A stretch of 64,000 nt of DNA. It comes from an uncultured Verrucomicrobiae bacterium (lineage in GTDB: Bacteria > Verrucomicrobiota > Verrucomicrobiia > Chthoniobacterales > UBA10450). Position 1 is the first letter of the stretch; the number at the start of each line of letters is the position of its first letter. The notes under the pieces are model-generated. The model did not search any database. It worked only from the letters and a program-made list of their open reading frames with translations, and was not told the origin of the DNA. The stretch spans positions 128,001 through 192,000 of the forward strand of contig CAVSDR010000003.1 of NCBI GenBank assembly GCA_963726745.1. Reading direction: 5' to 3'. Both the position numbers and the translations under genes were made by a program. Positions 42,266-51,543 of the stretch are shown here, one piece after another.

Positions 42266-44323
42266 ATGTCCAAAAAGCACATGAAAATTTCTGCCCTGCT
42301 CGCCTTGGCCGCAGCCACGACCTTGCTCCTTTCCTGCGAAAAACCGGCGGTGACCGAAGCCGAGCGCAATGCCCAGGTCGAACGTGAAGTGCAAGCCCGC
42401 CTCGCGGCCGAACGTCAGACCGCCGATCAGCAACGCCTGGCGCAACAGGCCGCAGAGCTCGACGCCCGGGAACGCGCCCTGGCCGATAAGGAAGCGGACG
42501 CCAGCCGCCCGCGCGCGACCGTTCCCGCCGCGACTGCTGCCCCGCGCGAGCGCACGGTTACGACCACGCGAAGCACACGCACCGAGCGCGAAGACCGCGC
42601 AGCGCCCCGTTCCTACGACACCTTTTATCGCAAGCTCGAGCCCTATGGTGCCTGGCGGCAATCGGAGACCTACGGCTACGTCTTCCAGCCGCGCGAGGCC
42701 CGCGCGCGCAATTGGCGGCCCTATACCAACGGGCGCTGGACCTACACCGATGCGGGCTGGACCTGGATCTCGGACGAGCCGTTTGGCTGGGCCACTTATC
42801 ACTACGGGCGCTGGACGCGGATGAACGACATCGGCTGGGTTTGGGTGCCAGGTGAGGAATGGGCCCCGGCCTGGGTTTCGTGGCGCACGGGCGGCGATCA
42901 CGTTGGCTGGGCGCCGCTTCCGCCGGAAGCGCGTTTCGAGAAGCGCACCGGGATCAAGAAGTGGGCCGACAGCTATTATGACATCGACGCCGACGAGTAT
43001 GTCTTCATTCCCGATGAAGATATCGGCGCGGAAAACATCCAGCGTTATGTCGTCCCGCAGGAGCGCAACGTCACCATCGTCAACCAAACGACCAACGTGA
43101 CCAACATCACTTACAACAACACCACGGTGGTGAACGAAGGTCCGAACTACGATGAACTCCGCGGCCGTTCCCGCCGCCCGCTCGAGCGTATGCGGCTCCA
43201 GCGGGAATACGACGTGCAGCAGGAGCAATCGCCCGGCGCTTCCGTCACCGCGGGCGTGGTTGCGATGATGACGCCTCTTTTCACCGCGCGCTCCGCGGAA
43301 CGTCCGCGCACCGAGGGCGCGATGCTGCGCGGCGGACGCGCCGAACGCGTTCAGCCTAACGAGCGGAACAATCCTGCCGCCGAGCAGGCCCGCATGAAAA
43401 TGCGCGCCGAGGCGACGCCTCCGCCGGACGCGCCTTCGAAGCGCTACGAGAAGCCGGAAATCCCGGAAAATGCGCCCACAGTAGCTCCGCAGCCTGCAGC
43501 CGCTGCGACGGCCGCGCCGACCGCCACTCCCGCAGCCAGCGCCGCGCCGGCGATCACGCCGACGCCGGCCTCCACTCCCTTGGCAACGCCGACGCCGACG
43601 CCACGGCTACACCGACGCCATCAGCCACGGCGACTCCGCGCGTCCGGCCAACCGCGACTCCGACGGCAACGGCGACCGCAACCCCAGTGGCCACCGCCAC
43701 TCCGGAAGCAACCGCCACGCCCGTCGCCACCATTGCGCCGACCGCGACCCCGGTTGCAACCGTGACCCCCGAGCCCACCCGCCCGCGGCAGCGCCCCACG
43801 GCCACGCCCGCGGAGGAGCCCACCCCGGTGAAAGTGCCGGCTATTCCCCAGGCTGAACCGGTCGCAAGCGCCCCCAGCGCCGAGGAACTGCGCCAGCAGC
43901 GCGCCCTTGAGCGTTCCGATCGGATGCGCCAGCAACTGGAAGCCGGCCAGGCCCGCCGCGACGAAAACCAGCGTCGCCAACCAGACGGCCGCCGCACTCC
44001 GCCCGTGGCCGCTACGCCCGCACCGGTGAGCACGCCTGCGCCAACGGCGACGCCGGACAGCAACCGCTGCCGAGGCCGCCACTCCGCCGCGTTCCGGCCG
44101 GCCCCGCCCGGACTCGACCATGCCGCCGCCTCCGCGCGGGCCCAATGAGCCTGCGGCCGAAGCCCCCGCGGCCGCGGCCGACCCGGAAGGTGTGCAGAAT
44201 GGCCGGCGCGATCCGCGGAATTCCCGCGGGCATCCGCGCGGCGGCGTGCGCGCACTTCCCGCGGAAGCTCCCGAGGCGACGCCGACTGCCAGCGCGACCC
44301 CGGACGGGGCTAACGAGCCGTAG
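42266..44323 (+). CDS. DUF6600-like lipoprotein with Trp-rich repeats and a long Pro/Thr/Ala tail (frameshifts near 43600 and 44060)
   Basis: Lipobox LLLSC; FYRKLEPYGAW, WRPYTNGRW, GWATYHYGRW, WAPAWVSW; the TP/ATP-rich tail continues in ORFs 43687-44148 and 44120-44323. Confidence 0.75.
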
Positions 44324-46985
44324 CCGGCAACATCTGGCCGGCGAGCTGCCGCGCGTAGGAGAGCGTATCGATCTGCTCCGGCGTCTTGTCGCGGCGGATC
44401 GCCTTGATCCGCGGGAAGCGCAGCGAGAGCCCGCTCGCGTGCCGCGTGCTTGGCTGCACGGAGTCGAACGCGACCTCGAGGACAATGTCCGGCTTCACCT
44501 GCCGGCGCCGGCCCCGCTCCACCAGTGTGTTCTTTTTGAAGTGCTCGGTCAGCTCGGCGATCTCCACGTCGGTCAATCCGCTATAAGCCTTGCCGATCGG
44601 CAGAAGCTCGCTGGTTAAATCATCGCGCACCGCAAAAGTGTAATCGCTCAGGACATGATTGCGCTTCCCGTGACCGAGCTCAGCCGCGACCACGACCACG
44701 TCCAGAGTCGCGAGCTCTTTCTTGAGCTTGAACCAAAACATCCCGCGCCGTCCGGGCGAGTAGATGCTTTCGGGATCCTTGATCATCAGGCCTTCGTTCA
44801 TCCGCCGGCGGGCGCGCTGGAAGATCTCCTCGATCTCGTCGGCAGAATGCGCCGCGGTGATCTCCGAAAGCTGAAACTGCTCCGGCAAAACCAGGCCGCG
44901 CAGGAGCTCACGCCGTTCGCGCAACGGCGCCTTCAAGAGCGAGCGCCCATCGAGCCAAAGGAGGTCGAAGGCGACAAAAACAACCGGCACATTGGCCGCG
45001 GCGGAGAAGAGATCCGCGCCTTCGCTTTTCCGCCCCAGCCGCTTTTGCAGATCGAAGAAGGTGAGCTTGCGCCCTTCCTCGAAGGCCATGATCTCGCCGT
45101 CTAAAATCAGCTCGGGCGCAAACCCGGCCGCGCGCTCCACGATCTCGTGAAATTGCCCGGTGATCCGTCGCAGGTCGCGCGAGAAAATTTCCACCCGTTC
45201 GCGGCCGCGATGGAGCTGCGCGCGGATGCCATCGAACTTGTCCTCCACGTAAATTTCCGGGTGCTCCGCAAAGCGCGCCCAGATCGCTTCCGCGGTCGGC
45301 TCGGGGCTGGCGAGCATGCTTTTGATCGGGCGAAAGAGCGCCAGCTCCGCTTCCGCGAGCGCGCCGCGCGCAGCCAGGGTGGCGCTTTGCCCGATGTCGC
45401 CTAACAACATGTTCGCTTCCTTGACGTCATCCACCGGCGCGTGGAAAGCGCTGGCAATTGCCTCCTCGACCAGGCCTTCGCGCAGGCCCAGGCGGAGGTC
45501 GCCGGTGAGAATTTTGACCACATAAGCGCCCTCGCGCGCACTCAACTTCGCCAGGCGCGCCTGCAGTTGCTCGGCCTTCGCGATCGGGCCGCGCGCCTTT
45601 TGCAGCGCGGTGAAAAAGTCGGCTGATTCCACGAGCGCAAAAGGTGCCGGCGCGGTCCGGCCTTCGAGCGCCTCGAGCGCGCTTTTGCCGGCATCGCCGT
45701 GCTTGCTCGAGATGGCGTAGAGCTCGGCCTCGCTCAGGCGCGTGGCGGAGACAAGCGCGCGGAAGATGACCGACCAACCGACCTGCAAAGTGCGCGGGTC
45801 GCTTTGCGCGAAGGCCTTTCCAGTAAGGTAGCGCGCAGCGATCGGAAGCTCCGCCTCGCCTAACGAGCGCAAATACTCCGCGAGCAGGCGCGTTTTCTCG
45901 AGCTTGGCCGCAGTCGCGGCGATCGCTTCGCCGATCTCGGCGAAGGTGCCGAATTCACTCGCAACCGCGGGCGCGGCAATTTTAGCCGGCACATTCACGC
46001 GCACGGCCGAGGGCAGGCTAAGCTCGAGCTGATTCTCCTGGTTGATCGCCCAGGCTTCGATCCCGCGGTCGCGCAGGTCGCGCGCAAACTCCGCGGCAAA
46101 CCCGTGCAAGGTGAGCACGCGCTTCGGTTGCACCAGCTCGACGTAGCGCAAGAGATCGGGGTAATCAGCGTGATCGGAGAGCGGGAAGGCGGCATCGGTC
46201 TGGTAGCGAAAGCGCGCGTTCGGGTCGACCGCCCAGCCGCTGATCATGGCCACGCGCTTGTTCGGGATCTTTTCGAGCATGCGCGAGCGGTTCGCGCTCG
46301 GCGGGCAGATGAGAACTTTGCCAGCAACTTGATCGACGTTGTAGCGGTCGTAGTCGCAAAACTTTTGCCCAAACTGCTCGTAAATCCGGGTCATGCGAAA
46401 GACCGAGCCATGGAGCATCGGATGGAGCCCGGCCTCGGCCAGGGCGCAGAGAATTTCCTGCGCCTTGCCTAACGAGTAACCGAGCAAAACCGGCACGGCG
46501 TTTTCCTCCAGGGCCTCGCGGGCGAAAGCGACGATCTGCGCGACCACCTGCTCGGTCGGCGGAAAAGCGTAACGCGGGAGACCGAAGGTGGTCTCCATGA
46601 TGAGCGTGTCGGCTGTCCTCCACTCGGTGGCCTCGGCGGACTTCCCCGGACGGAGTTTAAAGTCTCCGGTGTAAAGGAGCGACCCGGCCTCGCTTTCGAG
46701 GAAGCACTGCGCGGAGCCGAAGATGTGCCCCGCCGGCAGAAGAGTCACGCGCGCGCCGCGGATCTCACTCGTTAGGCCAAACGGCAGGACGTGCTCGTGC
46801 CGCTCGCCCGGGAGACGGGCCTGCATCAACCGCGAAGTGCGCTCGGAGACGATGATCTCCTGGTGGGCCGCGATATGGTCGCTGTGCGCATGGGAGACGA
46901 AAGCGAAAGGCTTCGCGTCCCACGGATCGAGCCAGAGATTTTGCGCCGGCAGAAAGACGCCGCGCTCGTATTGCACCGGGACCAC
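44310..46985 (-). CDS. MBL-fold (beta-CASP-like) nuclease fused to ATP-dependent DNA ligase
   Basis: SHAHSDH, AGHIFGS, YTGDFK, METTFG, YSLGKAQ, LSDHAD; ligase motifs EDKFDG, LDGEI, FDLL, EGLMIK, WFKLKK, SLRFPRI. Confidence 0.92.
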   Translation of the reverse strand: MVPVQYERGVFLPAQNLWLDPWDAKPFAFVSHAHSDHIAAHQEIIVSERTSRLMQARLPGERHEHVLPFGLTSEIRGARVTLLPAGHIFGSAQCFLESEAGSLLYTGDFKLRPGKSAEATEWRTADTLIMETTFGLPRYAFPPTEQVVAQIVAFAREALEENAVPVLLGYSLGKAQEILCALAEAGLHPMLHGSVFRMTRIYEQFGQKFCDYDRYNVDQVAGKVLICPPSANRSRMLEKIPNKRVAMISGWAVDPNARFRYQTDAAFPLSDHADYPDLLRYVELVQPKRVLTLHGFAAEFARDLRDRGIEAWAINQENQLELSLPSAVRVNVPAKIAAPAVASEFGTFAEIGEAIAATAAKLEKTRLLAEYLRSLGEAELPIAARYLTGKAFAQSDPRTLQVGWSVIFRALVSATRLSEAELYAISSKHGDAGKSALEALEGRTAPAPFALVESADFFTALQKARGPIAKAEQLQARLAKLSAREGAYVVKILTGDLRLGLREGLVEEAIASAFHAPVDDVKEANMLLGDIGQSATLAARGALAEAELALFRPIKSMLASPEPTAEAIWARFAEHPEIYVEDKFDGIRAQLHRGRERVEIFSRDLRRITGQFHEIVERAAGFAPELILDGEIMAFEEGRKLTFFDLQKRLGRKSEGADLFSAAANVPVVFVAFDLLWLDGRSLLKAPLRERRELLRGLVLPEQFQLSEITAAHSADEIEEIFQRARRRMNEGLMIKDPESIYSPGRRGMFWFKLKKELATLDVVVVAAELGHGKRNHVLSDYTFAVRDDLTSELLPIGKAYSGLTDVEIAELTEHFKKNTLVERGRRRQVKPDIVLEVAFDSVQPSTRHASGLSLRFPRIKAIRRDKTPEQIDTLSYARQLAGQMLPATAR

Positions 46986-47069
46986 GGAAGAGATTACGCG
47001 CGGAAGATGCGCCGCGAAACCCGGAGGCGCGGATTGACTTCGCCACCCGGAGCCCGTTCTCTACGGGCG

Positions 47070-47624
47070 ATGAAATTCTGGGCCGGACTGGCCGCCATTT
47101 CGCTGCTGACTTCGTGCGCCTCGCCCGGCTTTCAGGCGACGCGGGCGAACGAATTCCGGCAGCTGCCGGAAGCGAATGCGCTCCCGACGGCGCTGGATCC
47201 GGCCTTCGAATTTCGCAAGACGAAGCTCTTCTTCCTGGGCGACGTGCCGGGGACGAAAGTGAAGTCTAATTTCTACCGCGGCGGCGCGCGCGATCCGGCG
47301 GTCGGTTTCGAGAATTCCTACCGGCTTTACGGCGCGGTCACCGCGCTCGACCAGCGCCGGCGTTACGGCAATTACTTCGACTTTTTCTGGCGCGCGGCGC
47401 GCCCGGCGGAGATTACCGTGCGGCTGGAGTATCGGCAGGAAAAGCTTCGCGGTTTCACCCAGGCGCGTGAGGTCACCTACACCGCGGCGCGCGGGAGCCA
47501 CAAGACAGCCTTCGCGGTGACCGGCGACGATTTCTGGAGCGACGGACGGGTGCTCGCGTGGCGTTGTCTCCTGATCGAAAAGGGCCGGATCGTGGCTGAG
47601 ACTCGATCTTATCTATGGCGATAA
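47070..47624 (+). CDS. Hypothetical lipoprotein
   Basis: Lipobox LLTSC after a hydrophobic signal; aromatic-rich C-terminus ending SYLWR. Confidence 0.7.
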   Translation: MKFWAGLAAISLLTSCASPGFQATRANEFRQLPEANALPTALDPAFEFRKTKLFFLGDVPGTKVKSNFYRGGARDPAVGFENSYRLYGAVTALDQRRRYGNYFDFFWRAARPAEITVRLEYRQEKLRGFTQAREVTYTAARGSHKTAFAVTGDDFWSDGRVLAWRCLLIEKGRIVAETRSYLWR

Positions 47625-47697
47625 ATAGAGGCGCAAAACGGAGTGGAAACCGGCCGTGCAGGCCGGTGATCTCGAGGGGCAGGCTCGGCGCCGAGGT

Positions 47698-47725
47698 TTG
47701 ACACCCCTACCCGTGACCTTATACT
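47698..47725 (+). promoter_or_regulatory. Sigma-70-type promoter upstream of the STAS gene
   Basis: TTGACA (47698-47703), 16-bp spacer, TATACT (47720-47725), 14 bp before the GTG start. Confidence 0.7.
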
Positions 47726-47739
47726 TTTCATAGCTAGCT

Positions 47740-48255
47740 GTGCAGTCATCGATTCAAGTCGGCGTGAACGGGCAGACCGTTTGGGTGAAAGTTCAAGGGA
47801 AGGGGAACTTTCTTAACAGTGGGAATTTCAAGGACTTCGCCCGGGTGATGGTGGGCCGCGGCTACCGCGAATTTGTCATCGACTTGGAAGAGTGCGCGAT
47901 GATGGACTCGACCTTCATGGGGACGATGGCGAGCGTGGCTTTGCGGCTCAAGGAAATCGGCCAGGGACACCTGCATGTGGTCCATTGCGGGGAGCGCAGC
48001 CGCGATCTTCTGACTGGCTTGGGCTTGGATCAGATTTTCGAGATTCACGCCAACGGCACCTCGGCGCCGACCTGTGAGACTTTGACCGGCGAAGCAAAAC
48101 CCCCAGCCGGCGAAGCGCAGAAGCAGGAACAAGCGCGCCAGATGCTCGATGCGCATGAAGCGCTCTGCGAAGTCGCCCCGGAAAATTTCTCCCGTTTCAA
48201 GGACGTCCTCGAATATCTAAAACAAGACCTGCACAGCGAGCCGAACAAGAAGTAA
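47740..48255 (+). CDS. STAS-domain anti-sigma factor antagonist
   Basis: VIDLEECAMMDSTFMG (phosphorylatable Ser motif), LGLDQIF. Confidence 0.88.
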   Translation: MQSSIQVGVNGQTVWVKVQGKGNFLNSGNFKDFARVMVGRGYREFVIDLEECAMMDSTFMGTMASVALRLKEIGQGHLHVVHCGERSRDLLTGLGLDQIFEIHANGTSAPTCETLTGEAKPPAGEAQKQEQARQMLDAHEALCEVAPENFSRFKDVLEYLKQDLHSEPNKK

Positions 48256-48270
48256 TCTGGCCCTCCCTGT

Positions 48271-49708
48271 ATGTGGCCAACACTTCTTCTCGGGCTGCTG
48301 GTGGCTTGTCTCGCAGCCTGGTTCGCCCATTGGCGCGCGCTTGGCCGGCGCATTCGCCAACTCGAGCGCTCGAACGAGGAAATCCAAGTCGAGGAAACGC
48401 TGGTTTTCGACTTTCTCCACGGGCTGGGAGCGGCTTTCACGGAGACGATTCGCGCGGCCGACCTGCACCGACTGATCGTAGAGGGCGCCGCCCGGATTCT
48501 CGATGCCCATGGCGGCGCGCTCTACATCCTCGACCGCAGCGGGAACAAGTTGCTGCCTGTTTTCGTTTCCAAAGGCTGCCCGCCGATGGTGGAAGTGCCA
48601 GAGCACATCCTCCAGCAGGCTGCGACCACGCCGATGGCGCTGGAGAGTTACCTGCGCATGCGCACGGTCGACGTGGGCGAGGGCGTAATTGGCCGCGCCT
48701 GGGCCCAGGAGCTCCCGCTCTTCCTGGCCGATCTCGCGGAGGCCCCGGAGCTGGCGAAGCTCCAGCAAACTCCCCTCGGCACCACCTCGATGATGGTCAC
48801 GCCGCTCCTTTACGGGAAACAAAACATGGGCGTGCTCGCAGTGGGGAACGGGCCCATGAGCGCGCCGTTTACGCAGAGCGATTTCGTGGTCTTCAAGTCG
48901 ATCGCGGAGCAATCGGCCTTTGCGCTCTACAACGCGATCATTTACTCCGAGGCGAACGAGAAGAAGCGGCTGGACCACGACCTCCAGATCGCGCGTGAGA
49001 TCCAGCGCATCCTTCTTCCGGATGAATCGCCGAGCGTTCCGGGGTTCGAGATCAGCGGGTTGAACATCCCCGCGAGCCAGGTCAGCGGCGATTACTTTGA
49101 CTACATTCAGGTGGACCAGGACCGTCTGGGCGTGGCGATTGCCGACGTCTCGGGGAAAGGCGTGCCGGCCTCGCTCATCATGGCCATTTGTCGAAGCGTG
49201 CTCCGGAGCCAGGCGCCGGATAATCCCTCTCCTTCCGATGTCCTGAAGAAGGTCAATCGCCAGCTCTACCCGGACATCCGCGAGGACATGTTTATCAGCA
49301 TGGCCTACCTGATTCTCGACCATGTGCGCGCCACCGTGACCCTCTCGCGCGCCGGGCCACGACGCCCCATTGCTTTACCGCCGCGCGACCGGCGAATTGA
49401 CCCAATTGAAGCCGCCCGGACTGGTCCTCGGAATTGACAGTGGAAGCGTGTTCGATAGGATCACCGGGGACTTCGCGGTCCCGCTCGAGCGCGACGATTG
49501 CCTGATCCTTTACACGGACGGCGTGACCGAGGCGCTCGACGCCAACGGGGACGAGTTCGGGTTCGAGCGCATGCTGCATTCGGTGCGCGCGACGGCCATG
49601 ACTGGCCCGGCGGCCGTGATCAAACGACTGATCGACGACCTCCGGAATTTCGTCGGGTCGACCCCGCAAAGCGACGACATCACTTTAATTGTAATCCGCA
49701 AGACATGA
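48271..49708 (+). CDS. GAF + SpoIIE/RsbU PP2C phosphatase, frameshifted near 49355
   Basis: AREIQ, VSGDYFD, IADVSGKGVPA, RAG(H); LYTDGVTEA and DDITLI in ORF 49370-49708. Confidence 0.9.
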
Positions 49709-50259
49709 GCCAGAGCCAGCAAACCGAGACGCCTGCCGAAGGCGAAGAAATCCCTGTCAACGTGCGCGACGCCGGTGCCGAAAACGAAGAGAACAGCGAC
49801 GATCCGGTCGCGACTTTGCAGGGCGACCTCGACCGTTTCCGCGACCTCGCGCTCCGCAGCCAGGCCGACTTCGAGAATTACAAAAAGCGCGCGGCCCGCG
49901 AGAAGGAAGACGCGATCAAATACGCCAATAGCTCCCTGCTCGAGCGCTTGATCGCGATCATCGACAACTTCGAGCTCGGCCTCTCCGCCGCCCGCGGCGA
50001 AGGCGAGAAGTCGCCCATCTTTGCCGGGATGAACATGGTCCTGAAGCAGCTGACTGATTTCCTGGCCGAGAACGGCCTCCAGCCGATTGATGCCGAGGGC
50101 CAGCCCTTTGACCCGAACCTGCACGAAGCGATCGCGCACGAATCGAGCAAGAGCGTGCCCGAGGGCAAAGTCATTCGCCAAACGCGCCGCGGCTACAAGC
50201 TCCGGGACCGGCTCCTCCGGCCCTCCAGCGTGGTCGTCTCCAGCGGCTCGTCGAAGTAG
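49705..50259 (+). CDS. grpE: Nucleotide exchange factor GrpE
   Basis: ADFENYKKR, IDNFE, FDPNLHEA, GYKLRDRLLRP. Confidence 0.95.
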   Translation: MSQSQQTETPAEGEEIPVNVRDAGAENEENSDDPVATLQGDLDRFRDLALRSQADFENYKKRAAREKEDAIKYANSSLLERLIAIIDNFELGLSAARGEGEKSPIFAGMNMVLKQLTDFLAENGLQPIDAEGQPFDPNLHEAIAHESSKSVPEGKVIRQTRRGYKLRDRLLRPSSVVVSSGSSK

Positions 50260-50280
50260 CTCTCGGTCGTTCGTCCTCTC

Positions 50281-51435
50281 ATGCCTGCGACCAAGCGCGA
50301 TTATTATGAAGTCTTGAGCGTGACCCGCTCGGCTACAGCCGACGAGATCAAGCGCTCCTACCGCAAGCTCGCGGTCAAATTTCACCCCGATAAAAATCCG
50401 GGCGATCCGCTGGCCGAGGAGCAGTTCAAGGAACTCGGCGAAGCCTACGACGTCCTGATGGACGAGGAAAAGCGAGCCGCCTATGACCGCTACGGACACG
50501 CGGCTTTTGCCCAGGGAAATGCCGGCCGCGGCGCGGGCGGCTTTCACGATCCGTTCGATATCTTCCGCGAAGTCTTCGGCGCCGCTGGTGGCGGTGGTGG
50601 CGGTGGAATTTTCGAGACTTTCTTCGGCGGTGGTGCCGCAGGGATGGATCGCGACGGCCGGCAGCGCGGTTCCGACCTGCGCTACGACATGCAGATCACG
50701 CTCGAGGAAGCGGCTTTCGGCGTGGAAAAAGAGATCGAGGTGCGCAAGCTTGATACCTGCGACGAATGCGATGGCAAAGGGTCCGAGGCCGGTTCGCGCA
50801 CAGTCAATTGCCCTACTTGCGGCGGCCGCGGCCAGGTGATCAGCTCCCGCGGTTTTTTCCAAGTCTCGCAAACCTGCCCGCGCTGCCGCGGCGCGGGCCA
50901 GATCATCGAGAAGCCATGCCGCGTTTGTGAAGGCGAAGGCCGGGTCGAGAAGCTTTCGCGGATCAAGCTTAAGATTCCCGCCGGCATCGCCGAGGGGTCG
51001 CGTTTGCGCTCGTCGCAGAATGGCGAGGCCGGCATCCGCGGCGGCCCGCCCGGCGACCTTTATGTCGTCCTGCATGTGAAGGAGCACCCGGTCTTCCAGC
51101 GCGAAGACGACAACCTTTACTGCGAAGTCCCCGTGCCTTTCACCCTGGCAGCTTTAGGCGGCGAGATCGCCATCCCGACTCTCGAAGGCAAGGCGAACGT
51201 CAAGGTCCCGGCCGGCACGCAGAGCGGCCAGGTCTTTAAGCTCCGCGACAAGGGCATTAAAAACGTCAACGGCCGCGAACGCGGCGACCTTTTTGCCAGC
51301 CTGATCGTCGAGGTTCCCAGCGCGCTCAACGCCGAGCAACGCCGCAAGCTCGAGGAATTCGCCGAGCTCTGCGGCGAGGAGAACACCCCGCTGCATCGCG
51401 GCTTCTTCGAGCGCGCGAAAGAATTTTTCCGCTAG
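50281..51435 (+). CDS. dnaJ: Chaperone DnaJ
   Basis: J-domain HPD, G/F-rich region, four CxxCxGxG repeats. Confidence 0.97.
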   Translation: MPATKRDYYEVLSVTRSATADEIKRSYRKLAVKFHPDKNPGDPLAEEQFKELGEAYDVLMDEEKRAAYDRYGHAAFAQGNAGRGAGGFHDPFDIFREVFGAAGGGGGGGIFETFFGGGAAGMDRDGRQRGSDLRYDMQITLEEAAFGVEKEIEVRKLDTCDECDGKGSEAGSRTVNCPTCGGRGQVISSRGFFQVSQTCPRCRGAGQIIEKPCRVCEGEGRVEKLSRIKLKIPAGIAEGSRLRSSQNGEAGIRGGPPGDLYVVLHVKEHPVFQREDDNLYCEVPVPFTLAALGGEIAIPTLEGKANVKVPAGTQSGQVFKLRDKGIKNVNGRERGDLFASLIVEVPSALNAEQRRKLEEFAELCGEENTPLHRGFFERAKEFFR

Positions 51436-51486
51436 CGGACAATTTAGACGGCCGGTTCACGCCGAAAATTCCTCGGCGTTTCGCAG

Positions 51487-51514
51487 AAAAAGCGTCGCTT
51501 TCCGCGGCGCTTTT
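51487..51514 (+). terminator. Possible terminator after dnaJ
   Basis: AAAAGCGTCGC-TTTCC-GCGGCGCTTTT hairpin. Confidence 0.45.
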
Positions 51515-51543
51515 CCCTAGCCTCTCCCGCCATCCTCCCCCGG

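Noticed and set aside
43480..44110. DNA repeat element in the DUF6600 tail
   Set aside because: Low-complexity Pro/Thr/Ala linker coding sequence rather than a discrete repeat.
49510..51087. Long antisense or alternative-frame ORFs (e.g. 49510-51087, 53359-55032, 62370-63998, 8265-9638)
   Set aside because: Shadows of real genes on the opposite strand, expected in high-GC DNA with few stop codons.
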